IMG/VR virus record: IMGVR_UViG_3300031867_000001
Coordinates: 64,001 to 128,000 of that record
DNA: 64,000 bases
Strand: one strand, 5' to 3'
Origin: a virus
Lineage: Duplodnaviria > Caudoviricetes
This document shows, in pieces, positions 47,897 to 59,000 of this stretch. Within the stretch, counting starts at the first letter, position 1; each line of letters begins with the position of its first letter. The notes beneath the pieces were generated by a model that worked only from the letters and a program-made list of their open reading frames with translations, was not told the DNA's origin and did no database searches. Both the position numbers and the translations under genes were made by a program.

Positions 47897-49816
47897 TTAA
47901 CCGAGTAACTTAAACAGATCTCTCGTCTTTGTACCAGCTGTACTCAATTCAGCAAGCTGCTTCTGTACGGCTGCTAATGAATATACAACATACTCATTAT
48001 GTGTATCAGGAATCATCATCTTCAGAGACTCGCGGTCCTGATCAACAACGATTAATGCCATCATAAACAATTCCTTGCAGAATTTAGCAGCTGTTGAACC
48101 CTTCAGCAGATCGATCTCTGTTTCACTCTTTACCATCTCAACATCATTCTCGGAGATGATTAATGTTGCATTTGGAATTAATCCAGTTCTCGAATTTCCA
48201 GAAATCTGTTTTGCAACAAAGGAATCACCCTTCATATGAGCGAGCTGATACAATCTGCGATACCACTTTCTTTCAGGATTCTTGGAATCAATAGCAGTCT
48301 GCTTCTTCTCTTTAATATTAAAGACAAGATCCTTGAAGAACTTCAACTCACCAGCCTTATACTTAATCTTTCTGGTAAGTTCGTTCATTTCCTTGATGGG
48401 GAATTTAGCAACATCCGGAAGAGTAGAAGACTTGATGAGTCTGCAATTAACCTTAACACCACACAGGAACTCAATCGGATATTCCGTAACATCACCGTCA
48501 GGATTCTGTACACGAAGCTGAACCTTCATGAGATAAGGCTTCATGGTATTAAGCTTACGGATTTTCGTTTCATCCATAATCTCAGGAGCATGTGCCATTC
48601 TCTCACGAGCATCCTTATTCTTTTCCATCTGATAACGATGAAGCTGCCAATTCTTCTCGGTGTCTTTCATAGCCGCTTCCGCAGACAACTTTCTGCGGCG
48701 ATTGTATACTTCATTATCATATGTTGAGTCTTCGATGTCAGCAACGTCCTTTAGTGCCTTTGTTGCATCTGCCTGATTCTTTACTCTCTTATTACCAACA
48801 TCACCGACATAAGATGGAGCACCATTAATATCAGCAAGATCACGATTAAGCTTATCGAGCTCTCGCATTACTTTATTACCTTCAATAGCACCCTTACGGA
48901 TCTTAACACCTAAATCAGCAAGCTGTCTGCGATGCATTAAAATGTCGCGTTGCTCTTTTGCTTCAGCACGACGTTCCTGTGCTTGGTCGCGCTCTTCTTG
49001 TCTTTGAGCACGTCCTTCTTGTGCTTGAGCACGGGCATCTTGGTGTTGAGCACGCTGTTCAGCCGCGTCTTCATATTGACGACGACGATCTTCATTTTGC
49101 TGATTACGTTCAACCTTCTCATTCAGAACTGCATCTGCAACTTGACGATATCTTGCATACCTTTGACGTTCATCTGCTTCTCTTGATGGAGTTCTGTTTG
49201 GGTTATAAATTCTCGACCATTGATCCCATGTAATAATTTCAGGAAGATCTGGTGTATCTGCTTCTGCAAAGAAATGATCAAACTCTCCCAACTCACCATA
49301 CGAAACATGCTCGTTGATGATTTCTGCTTCATCATCTTCGATAGATATTACATCAAATTCAAACACGGTACTTCCATCAATCGATGTGATTTCGTTATGA
49401 CAAGCATCATGAGCAAATGAAATATCAGTATACTCCAAATACTTGGAAGTATTTGTCATATATTTACTCAAGAATCTACCATCTTCTGCATCTTTATGAC
49501 TGATGATTGGATTCATTGAGATTGCAACCTCCAACTGTGATGCATACAGCTGTTCCAGCAGACTACAAGTTGCTTCTGCAAAATCCAATTGAACAGAGTC
49601 TGAAACAAATACCGGAAATTCATAAACGTTCTTGGAAGCCATTCCGATAATGGATTTATTACCCTTATGACCCTTTAAGAACTTCTTAGCTGATTTGCCA
49701 TATAGATCTTTACCATTTTTAACTGTCGTCGCAATGACTTCCGCATCTGGTGGATTGATACCAACAAGCTGCATATATTTATTGTCATCATACTTACCGG
49801 CCATTGTGATATTCAC
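47897..49816 (-). CDS. Putative virion (head) protein with charged central insertion
   Basis: 639 aa; R/Q/E/A-rich helical region after FFAE. Confidence 0.5.
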   Translation of the reverse strand: MNITMAGKYDDNKYMQLVGINPPDAEVIATTVKNGKDLYGKSAKKFLKGHKGNKSIIGMASKNVYEFPVFVSDSVQLDFAEATCSLLEQLYASQLEVAISMNPIISHKDAEDGRFLSKYMTNTSKYLEYTDISFAHDACHNEITSIDGSTVFEFDVISIEDDEAEIINEHVSYGELGEFDHFFAEADTPDLPEIITWDQWSRIYNPNRTPSREADERQRYARYRQVADAVLNEKVERNQQNEDRRRQYEDAAEQRAQHQDARAQAQEGRAQRQEERDQAQERRAEAKEQRDILMHRRQLADLGVKIRKGAIEGNKVMRELDKLNRDLADINGAPSYVGDVGNKRVKNQADATKALKDVADIEDSTYDNEVYNRRRKLSAEAAMKDTEKNWQLHRYQMEKNKDARERMAHAPEIMDETKIRKLNTMKPYLMKVQLRVQNPDGDVTEYPIEFLCGVKVNCRLIKSSTLPDVAKFPIKEMNELTRKIKYKAGELKFFKDLVFNIKEKKQTAIDSKNPERKWYRRLYQLAHMKGDSFVAKQISGNSRTGLIPNATLIISENDVEMVKSETEIDLLKGSTAAKFCKELFMMALIVVDQDRESLKMMIPDTHNEYVVYSLAAVQKQLAELSTAGTKTRDLFKLLG

Positions 49817-49907
49817 TCCTTAATTTGATATATTCGAAATTGTATTATAACCTCGGAGACCAATCGGTTATATTGAATAATTCCGTTATGATTGAGTCCC
49901 ACGTGTA

Positions 49908-50531
49908 TTATACGCCCTTATATAGTTTCATAGACTTTTCCAATTCCTTGGGGATTTTATCCATGAATGTAATAGTGACTTCCGTTCTTGGAGTTTTGGA
50001 ATAATACTTATGTGATTCCAAGTCACATACGATACAGTCATCAATCATGACACCTTTATGACCACGCTTCTTATTACCGACAATACTATCCATAATACTC
50101 TTTTCGAAATTATCCAAATCTCCACATCTTGTCCACGGACGTATGATTTTCATTTCAGCCAACATCTTTTGTGTTTTCGTAAATGAAGTTGGTGTATGTA
50201 CAAATAAATCAATCTTCATTTTACATGGTTTATCGATCCATAAACCACCAAGCTTCGGTGCAACTTCTCGAGAAAAGAATGCTGTATTTTTAGCAGCTCC
50301 AGGAACGTAGATTCTGTAACCAGATAACCGAGGACGTTGAGATGGTTTTGGTTCACGATTGATTGTAAACTTAACAGTTCTCCAACTGATCTTAGAAACA
50401 TAACCAACTGCACGCGCAACATTACACAGAACGGAGTCGGAAAGTTCCGACTCCATTTGTTTTACATTTTCATGATTGATGTCCATTATCATCTCTCCAA
50501 TTTGATTAGTTTGCATAAATTCTGTAATCAA
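49908..50531 (-). CDS. rusA: RusA-family Holliday junction resolvase
   Basis: PKPSQRPR, GDLDNFEKSIMD, IDDCIVCDLESHKYYSKTPRTEVTI. Confidence 0.88.
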   Translation of the reverse strand: MITEFMQTNQIGEMIMDINHENVKQMESELSDSVLCNVARAVGYVSKISWRTVKFTINREPKPSQRPRLSGYRIYVPGAAKNTAFFSREVAPKLGGLWIDKPCKMKIDLFVHTPTSFTKTQKMLAEMKIIRPWTRCGDLDNFEKSIMDSIVGNKKRGHKGVMIDDCIVCDLESHKYYSKTPRTEVTITFMDKIPKELEKSMKLYKGV

Positions 50532-51777
50532 TCAGAATTTCGAAATTGTCTTCAAGTGGAATGGAATTGAATGTATAATATGTGATGAGCTTGATTCGTT
50601 GTGCTTCGGAATTTGTTAATGCAGCGATTGATGGATCGGAAGTATCATTTAAATATGTCATGAACTTATTGGTTTCATATTGATACTCGCCACTCTGATT
50701 ATAGAATGCATTTACTTCAATATTGGTTTCCTTTGAGAATTCAGTCTTCAATGCATCATAGTCAAGTGTTGACGGACTGATGATGTATGTTGAGCAAGCA
50801 TTGTAGAATGCATTCAGATTCGGTTGAGATACAGTAAATGTCTCATGGAATGCTTCATCAAATGTTGCAAGAATTGTGGATGCATAAGATTTGATTCTTG
50901 TTGCTGCATCACTGGGTCTGTTATCATCATAAATGAGTGTGATCATTTCCACGACAATTTTCTGATAAAGTGTTTCCAACACATCACGAGTTCCAAGTGT
51001 TGTATCAAATGCAACCAATCCAAGTTCATTCAGCATTGCTGTTTCTGTATTACCAGCTGCTTCAAAATATGCTTTACAATCAGATTCATCGATTGATAAT
51101 TTGCACTCTGCATATGTCTCAATACGATTTGTCTTGGGTTGACCGTTCGTTGCATTTGGACCCAAATCGGCAGTCTGTACTGGATCGATATAATTCCACT
51201 TCTGTCCATCTACCCACCAAGAATGATAGATGTGTGGAAGTGCATCAAATTTCTTAATATAGTAAGACTTGATAGATGATGAAGTAGAACGATATATACC
51301 ACAATACTTATCCGCAATAGTTGGATCAATTGAAGAAGCGACTTGCTGGAACGGAATTGGTGAACGAAGATTGATGAATGAATAATTCGTATTCTTAGTT
51401 GTGATGGAATCTTCTGCACCACCACCATTACCAACCATAAAACCGCGAATGAAGAAGTTCTCAGCAATGTCAGATTCCATTGCAGTATACTGTGTTGGTG
51501 ATACACCAATACCCATCAATTCATTTAAATCGGGCATTGCCAAATTTGTATCACGACCACGATTGTCCGTATGAGCAGTTGTATGATAGGAATCCAGATA
51601 TAGATTAAAGATCTTCATCAAGATTGTTTGCATTCCAGAAATCGAAATGACATTATCACCTTCATCCCAAAATGAAACTTCGTTTGTGTTTTTATTTCTG
51701 CGATAAATTGTGATATGACCATGTAAACCACATGCTTTATCATTCAATGTAATCGCATCTTTGATATGCATATCCAT
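50506..51777 (-). CDS. Baseplate/tail-fibre attachment protein
   Basis: GHITIY..NVISISG, VGNGG, NELGL, C-terminal IDYRIY pattern. Confidence 0.55.
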   Translation of the reverse strand: MDMHIKDAITLNDKACGLHGHITIYRRNKNTNEVSFWDEGDNVISISGMQTILMKIFNLYLDSYHTTAHTDNRGRDTNLAMPDLNELMGIGVSPTQYTAMESDIAENFFIRGFMVGNGGGAEDSITTKNTNYSFINLRSPIPFQQVASSIDPTIADKYCGIYRSTSSSIKSYYIKKFDALPHIYHSWWVDGQKWNYIDPVQTADLGPNATNGQPKTNRIETYAECKLSIDESDCKAYFEAAGNTETAMLNELGLVAFDTTLGTRDVLETLYQKIVVEMITLIYDDNRPSDAATRIKSYASTILATFDEAFHETFTVSQPNLNAFYNACSTYIISPSTLDYDALKTEFSKETNIEVNAFYNQSGEYQYETNKFMTYLNDTSDPSIAALTNSEAQRIKLITYYTFNSIPLEDNFEILIDYRIYAN

Positions 51778-51793
51778 GATTTATAATCCTCCA

Positions 51794-52837
51794 TTATAAT
51801 AAAATTTTACCTGCTTTACCAATTGCACCATCTGTCCATATACATCTTAATTGAATATCTTCCACTGGGAATCTACCAATATGATTGTCTGTATAATGAA
51901 TATCCTCTACCAAGAATATTGCATTCACTGTCATATTATCGGATGGAGCACGATCCATTGTTTCAGCAGACTCACCATAATGTTTTGTCATTTCATCAAC
52001 AAATGGTGGTTTTGTGATATCCCATGCAGGTGGTTGATGATTTGCGTATGTAGCAAACATGATTAATTCATTCGGTCGAATATGATGTCTTGGTGGGTTC
52101 TCCATTCCACAATAATAAAACCAATTGATTTCTGATAACACATCTGCTTTATTCTTTGGAACAGACGTGTGTTCAGATACACCTTTTTTCGAACGGGCAA
52201 TGATTCTATGGGTTGCCAATGTGTAAATATGTTGAACAACATCAAAGTTTGTTCGAATGGTTGTTTGTGAATCATGTGGCACAATCGTCCAATTATCAAT
52301 TCCTTTTAATGAAACCAAATCAGTTGGATCTGATGGTGTGTCATGTTGTGGCATTTTGATCCACCATCCATTGTTGACTTGATGTGCATACTTTACACCA
52401 TCAACAGTTGTTTCTTCGACGATGGTATACCACTTGTTCAAATCTTTCTTCTTGATTTGTTTGCTATCAGGCCACTTTGTTACAACATTATTATTGATCG
52501 AATAAAAAATGGCATTCTGGTTACATATTTGAACCATATACTTTGACGCAGGTACTTTTGGGTTTGGTCCACCAATTGCGGAAATACCATATTCTGGGTA
52601 TTTTCCGCTTTCTTCTTCGTTGGATGTTTCGGATGGGGTGTTATCCCCATCCGATGGTTGTTCATCTGATGATTGTGATGAATTAATCGTCTTCAAATCA
52701 CCAATCCACAATCCTGTTTCTGTCAATTTTAAATGAGCTGATTCAACTGCATCTAATGTTAATTGTAAATTCTTATCAACAGAATATCCCAATCCATCTG
52801 ATACATTAAATGCAATGTATGTTAATTCCTCTGACAT
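51794..52837 (-). CDS. Tail-associated protein
   Basis: Position in tail operon; VSDGLGYSVDKNLQL fibre-like motif. Confidence 0.45.
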   Translation of the reverse strand: MSEELTYIAFNVSDGLGYSVDKNLQLTLDAVESAHLKLTETGLWIGDLKTINSSQSSDEQPSDGDNTPSETSNEEESGKYPEYGISAIGGPNPKVPASKYMVQICNQNAIFYSINNNVVTKWPDSKQIKKKDLNKWYTIVEETTVDGVKYAHQVNNGWWIKMPQHDTPSDPTDLVSLKGIDNWTIVPHDSQTTIRTNFDVVQHIYTLATHRIIARSKKGVSEHTSVPKNKADVLSEINWFYYCGMENPPRHHIRPNELIMFATYANHQPPAWDITKPPFVDEMTKHYGESAETMDRAPSDNMTVNAIFLVEDIHYTDNHIGRFPVEDIQLRCIWTDGAIGKAGKILL

Positions 52838-52839
52838 TA

Positions 52840-53241
52840 TTAACCACCAACCTTATCGAGAATTGCATGGATAAGATTTAATGTATTAACTCCTTCATTC
52901 GTTGGTTCTGGATCACCTGATTGAATTCTGGATACTGCTGAATTACATCTGACCCATTCGATTGGTCCATATGTTGAAGCTGGGTTTGCTTTAATTGTAT
53001 TACCTGCATAATACACGCCCCAACCCGCATCTTCCGAAACTTTCGGAATGGCAATCAGTTGTCCAGCATCATTAAATTGTAAACCATTATTATCTTTACC
53101 GGATAATTTTAATGCAAATCCATGTTTTATTGTCGGTTCTTCACCTTCAACTTCTGATGGGATTGACATCTCTTTGCATTCGATTGTTTGTGGATTATAT
53201 CGGAGATTGATATCGTACCGAACATTCCCACGAATTTCCAT
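52840..53241 (-). CDS. Tail-associated protein
   Basis: LKLSGKDNNGLQFNDAGQL motif shared with neighbours. Confidence 0.45.
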   Translation of the reverse strand: MEIRGNVRYDINLRYNPQTIECKEMSIPSEVEGEEPTIKHGFALKLSGKDNNGLQFNDAGQLIAIPKVSEDAGWGVYYAGNTIKANPASTYGPIEWVRCNSAVSRIQSGDPEPTNEGVNTLNLIHAILDKVGG

Positions 53242-53771
53242 TAAAAATCATCTCCTCCACCTAAAAGCAATGCAACTTCTTCGATTCTATCATTTGCATC
53301 TACTTTCGTAATGATGTAATAATTGAACTTGTTATCAGCCACAGGAACTCGCAGAAAATCTCCAGGTAGTATCTTATCCAAGTTTTTTTCATCTGCTGGA
53401 GCACCATCGTTACCTCTGAATGTATCGGATGGATTTTTACCACGTAAATGGGTTCCATACATATCATCCGCAGTCCATGTTCTGTGAGTAATTCCGTTGC
53501 AAGAAACACGTGTTCTGTTCTTTCCCTCTTGATCTAAATCCCATTGAGAACGATATCCAACTCTGACACCACCATGAATCTGGGGAGTGTCAAGTTGTTT
53601 ACCAACTGACGCTGGATCTCCTTCTGAATATAAACCATCTTCTTCAACGGTGATTGTATTATGTTCATCAGTAGAAATCTTCACATTCAATCGATGTTTT
53701 GTCTTCCCATCTTCTTCAAATGTTTCTATTTCTAATAAATTTGGATCAATGTTCAATAACACTTTTGCCAT
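53241..53771 (-). CDS. Tail-associated protein
   Basis: VKISTDEHNTITVEEDGLY motif. Confidence 0.45.
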   Translation of the reverse strand: MAKVLLNIDPNLLEIETFEEDGKTKHRLNVKISTDEHNTITVEEDGLYSEGDPASVGKQLDTPQIHGGVRVGYRSQWDLDQEGKNRTRVSCNGITHRTWTADDMYGTHLRGKNPSDTFRGNDGAPADEKNLDKILPGDFLRVPVADNKFNYYIITKVDANDRIEEVALLLGGGDDF

Positions 53772-53788
53772 GACTTAATACCTCATGC

Positions 53789-55879
53789 TTATGAACCACT
53801 GCTGGTGTCCGTATCATCCAACTCGGTTGTTGTGATATATAATCCAGGACCTAAGTGAACATATGTAACACTCTTTGGTTCTTCCTGTGAACTGGATGCA
53901 GATGGATTATAAAAGATAGATCCACCTTCTGAATCATCTATCTTTAATGCATTTAATCCACCACCACCAGCACCGCCAGTGGTTTCGAGCTTACCTTCAT
54001 CACTGATATAGACACTTTCACCACAATTGATTGTGATACGATTATGTCCATCATTCTTTAATCCATCACCAAGCCGGACATTGACTTTACCTTGGTTTGC
54101 CATTTGTGTTCCATCTTGTGGAACATTCGTTGAACGAATCTCCAAGAATCTACCAACATTCACCATCAAACCACCAGACCAATTAAACGCTTCTGGGTCG
54201 GTTGGATCAAAGATTAAATCATCAACTTCTGGATCCATTCCAAACTGTTGCATGAATCTTTCACGCGATGGTGTAACTGTACCAGAATCACTGTGGTTAA
54301 ATAAGGTCAATCCAGACAATGGTACGTAATTCTTCTTACCACCAATTGCATTGGTAATGCCTTTGAATAAGTTAATACCAAGATAAGTTGGTGTATTCAA
54401 GAAACCACGATGTCCACGTGCTGATGGAGCAGTCACTTTGTCTGGAGTGACGATAGACCAGTTGTTGATCAATTCAGATGATTTCATATCAGCACTACCA
54501 TATTTGGAATATGGCATTACGCATAATGAATAATCCGTCTGTAAGAATACGCCACCCTTACGTGATTCTGTTTCTGTGAACAACTTCTCATGTCCACTGG
54601 GTGTGACAATATACGACATTCCGTCGGTTGGTTGTCCATATTGTGGATCCAAGTCAAATTGATATTGATCCACATTTGACATGACATTGATTGGTGATGC
54701 CGAATCTCCATTTTGTGTATTTGCAAAATCAAGACTCAATTCTGTATCATCATATTTTCCATTTGTCAAGTTCAAATGTGTTTCTTTGTTTGTAATACCC
54801 CAAGTCGTATATTGCATGATGGATTTGAATTTGATTACACAAATATCTCCATCATATGATACTTGTCCAATTGCGGGTTGACGGAACATGAATTCGTGTT
54901 TGAATCTAATGTCATCTTCCAATTGATGATCCGATGAACGGATGTATGGATTGAAATAACATACAATCGTATCACTATTTCGGAACTTTGGTATTGAAAT
55001 AATATCGGCGATGTAATGTAAACCATAATCCCGTTCATTAATGTATATATGTGCTTGGGTAGATGTTGTTGTTCCACCTCCAGCTAAGAATCCAGAATAC
55101 CAACCAGATCCAGAGTCATCAGGGAAACCATTTGTTCCATGTGGCATGATATAATCATTAATGGATCCAGTGTAGTAAATTCCGAAGAAAACATATGTTT
55201 TACCGCCCAAACGAGACTGATCAATTCTCAATCCGGATACCGTATCACTGATACCATTATCCAAATACAACACTGTCTCATCTGGATGTATATGCACTTT
55301 TAAAGTACCACCATCAACTTCATTCTGTGAATATGTTAATGAACGATCGGTCTTACCAACAACATTGATGATTTTATACTTCATTTCCATCTTTGATTCA
55401 TCGGCGTTGTATCGGAAGTATCCAATATATGATCTATAATCATATTGATCAAGTGCTTCACTATCAATACCATGTCTTGCAAAGAATGGTGTGTTTTCAT
55501 ATGCACGATCATTTGGATCAATAACAAGTCTTACTGCGTCTTCTAATGTATCAAATATTCTTAATAAATGACCATAGAATTCTGCTTCTGTTCTGTCAAT
55601 AACCCAATTCTGGATTTCTTCATATGAAACATTATCCACATTTGACAAACCAACATCACTTGCATCAAGTGTCAATATACCCGTTCTTCCATTCACAGAA
55701 TTGACATATCTTGCAAGTTGATTATTGATGGATTCCCACAAATGTTCTAATACAACATCCAATGATTGACCGGATGCATCATCGGTAATAGATACAGTAT
55801 CCGTCTTTGGATAAATATCCGTGAGCGTTAATTCAGAATTGACGAGTTCTTCCTCTTTCAATTGAACTTTATTCTGCAT
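53789..55879 (-). CDS. Tail fibre protein
   Basis: VNSVNGRTGILTLDASDVGLSNVDN fibre repeat; V.LGDGL/HLGPGL motifs. Confidence 0.6.
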   Translation of the reverse strand: MQNKVQLKEEELVNSELTLTDIYPKTDTVSITDDASGQSLDVVLEHLWESINNQLARYVNSVNGRTGILTLDASDVGLSNVDNVSYEEIQNWVIDRTEAEFYGHLLRIFDTLEDAVRLVIDPNDRAYENTPFFARHGIDSEALDQYDYRSYIGYFRYNADESKMEMKYKIINVVGKTDRSLTYSQNEVDGGTLKVHIHPDETVLYLDNGISDTVSGLRIDQSRLGGKTYVFFGIYYTGSINDYIMPHGTNGFPDDSGSGWYSGFLAGGGTTTSTQAHIYINERDYGLHYIADIISIPKFRNSDTIVCYFNPYIRSSDHQLEDDIRFKHEFMFRQPAIGQVSYDGDICVIKFKSIMQYTTWGITNKETHLNLTNGKYDDTELSLDFANTQNGDSASPINVMSNVDQYQFDLDPQYGQPTDGMSYIVTPSGHEKLFTETESRKGGVFLQTDYSLCVMPYSKYGSADMKSSELINNWSIVTPDKVTAPSARGHRGFLNTPTYLGINLFKGITNAIGGKKNYVPLSGLTLFNHSDSGTVTPSRERFMQQFGMDPEVDDLIFDPTDPEAFNWSGGLMVNVGRFLEIRSTNVPQDGTQMANQGKVNVRLGDGLKNDGHNRITINCGESVYISDEGKLETTGGAGGGGLNALKIDDSEGGSIFYNPSASSSQEEPKSVTYVHLGPGLYITTTELDDTDTSSGS

Positions 55880-56041
55880 ACGACATTCACTTCCTTATAT
55901 GAATTTATTATTAAAAACGAAAACATAATGTTCCCGTTCCATGTTCAACTACTAATACAGTAGTTGGAGAGTGGCTTATAACTCGGTATTTTCACCATTA
56001 TGACGGGAATAAATTACGTTAAACAAAGGAGCGTGTCATTA

Positions 56042-59000
56042 ATGGCTGATGTTATTTTAAATAATTACTCAGATGATTCTAAGATCAAACGATACATTCA
56101 ACAAGAATTGATGCCTCGAGTATTCCATGACATACCATTGAATGCTTTGAACACCGGTGCATTCTCAATTATTAATGAATACATTTCCCAAGCAACTGAG
56201 CAGATGGCGTTTACATCATCATTCTATTTCAATGAAAACTTCATCACAAAAGCCGTATTACCAGAATCCATTTATGCAGAAGCAGCAATCTTCAATATCG
56301 GATATGCATTTGCAACACCATCATCTACTAATATCTTATTGGAATTAAAGCTGTCGGATCTGTTTGCTATTACACAGAATTCCGAAAATAAGAATGAGAA
56401 GACGGGATTGTATGAATTCATATTGGATAAGAATACATTAATCAATATGAAAGATGGTCAGACGTATTCGTTAGACTACGATATCTCTTTCCAATATATG
56501 AGTCCAGAAACTGCTTCTGATACAAGAAACGGTTCATGGATTGTGCAGTATCTGAATGATGAACCGAATTCTATTTCAATCAATAAGAACAAATTCATTT
56601 CATATCGTGTAACGGATAACTGGTTGTGTTTATTTGTAAAAGCATCTGAATATACACGTACAACCAAAACCGTTATCAACAATATGACGAATGGTGTACC
56701 AAATGCTGATACTGTGATCAATTGCAATGATCACATTTGTGGATTTGATGTTGTATATGTTGAACCATCAACCAAGTATGGTGAATCGGATAAACGAATT
56801 CCAATTCGTACAGATCATATCTTACCAATTCATGCAACTGTCAATGACAAACTTCCATATGTTCATTACATCATGGACAATACACAAACAATCCGATTGA
56901 TGTGGCAACTTCAGGGCAATCGAGCATTTATTCCAAAATCAAACTCTCGATATGAAATCACAGTTTATACATGTCATGGTAAGAGTGCAAACTTTACCGA
57001 AGCACCAGATGAACAACCGAATGTTGTTACTGCATCGAATCGATACAAGAATAATGCAAATGTTATGAAAGCCGCTTTCATTATTTCTGGATCAATGGGT
57101 GGAACCGATATTGGTACTGCTGAACATGTCCGTAGAAAAACCATTGAAGCGTATAACACAGCAAATGTGATTTCAACCGATCATGACATTGAAGAATGGT
57201 TTAAGACTTTTTATTTCGATCATATCTTATTCCCGTTCTTCTTTAAACGTAGAGATGATCCATGGGGTAGAATCTGGAGTGGATTCTTAGCATTGACGGA
57301 TTCCAACAATGAAGTGTATCGAACAAATACATTACATGGTCATGTCACATATGAAGCATTGTATTCCAACAATAACAACAATGTTTCCAGCAATGAAATC
57401 ATCATTCCCCCAGGTTGGGTTTGGACATATGGTAAAGATTCCACGAACTTGTATAAAGTTTATCCGTATACAAAGAATGGATTACGTGTTGTTGAAACGG
57501 CAAAAACGTTAACTTCCGTTGATGCAAAGTTCGTATTTGCAAATCCATTTGGCGTTCGGATTCAGAAGCAACCATTTGCGATTGGTTATTTCAATCCATG
57601 GATCAATGAGTCATTGACCACTTCCCGTGTTCCAAGCAATAATACATATATTGAAGACGTATCACAAATTTACCATGCAACACCACTCACAGTCAATATC
57701 AAACGTACATATCGTGACGATAAATATCACATCTCATTCTGGTTGGATATTTCACAATTGTCAATGAATGATGGTTCAAAGTGGATTCAAAATATGCGTA
57801 GCATTGCCGTATCACCAATCATCAATGAAGCATTGTTGAGTTACTTCAAAATGCCATCTGATTTGTATGCAAACCAAATTCCCATGTTGGCTTTACAAGC
57901 AGACGAACAATGGGTTCCTTTCAATCCACGTGAAACATATGTTTGTGTTCGTGAACGAAATCTGCGAGATGATGGAACATGGAATTTGAGTGATATATGG
58001 ATTCAAGACAATAGTATCAGTGGCGAACCAAAACGAATCTCCATTGACATTATGAACAATAATGGAATTTATGGTAAAGAGAATATCTGGAATAACATGG
58101 ATATTCTTGAACCAGTCTATGCAACTGGAGATGTTACAATCTCTTGTGATGGTTTACCGAGTGATGATGTTGTATCATTCGTGCGAGAAGGTATGAATGA
58201 TTATTACATCATGCAAATTAAAAAGGATTTAAAGATCGCTGATACAAATGGTACATTGAGACCTGCGAGAATTAATCGTATCAAATACACCGTATCTTCT
58301 CAGAATAAAACTGAACGAACCAAATATGGTGAAGAATCATTATATCAGATTGGTGGAACGTCTGAGAATGTTGCATTGAATGTTCGATATGAATATATCT
58401 TCATTGATGTTGCGAATTCAGAGGTTGGTGTTATCCAAAGAAACTATGTCGTTGTTAATGCGGCAAACGTGTACATTCCGTATCCGGACGATGGTGCTCC
58501 GGAAGAAGTAGATGGTATGTGGGTATTCACCATTCCCGTACATGAAACAACTGCCGGTGTTCCTGAAGAAACAATCATTGTATATGCGGATATGAAACCA
58601 TCACCACAATCTTCAAGCATTGATTATTACAGAATTCCATTCAGTGCAATCAATGGTCAGACACCTTTCTTCTATGTCAGAAACAAAACGCTCGATTTGT
58701 CTAAGAATAATTTAAGAGTTGTATTGCATGCATATATGAATGGTGGAGAAACTGGATATGTTGAAATGTATCCGGTTAAACGTGACGAAGATGGAACATA
58801 CTTGTTTGAAACGGATCTGTGTCCAACAAACGAATTGGTTGATGTTGATAATAGAATCCACATTGCATCGGTTGACTACAATGGTGGTAGCTGGAAACCA
58901 ACAACCGAAGGAAGTGTTGTGAATATTGATGCAAGTGATCCGAAGTTACGTATCTCGGTTTTGTTTAAATCCAAAACAAATCCAGATGCTCCTTCTGTCA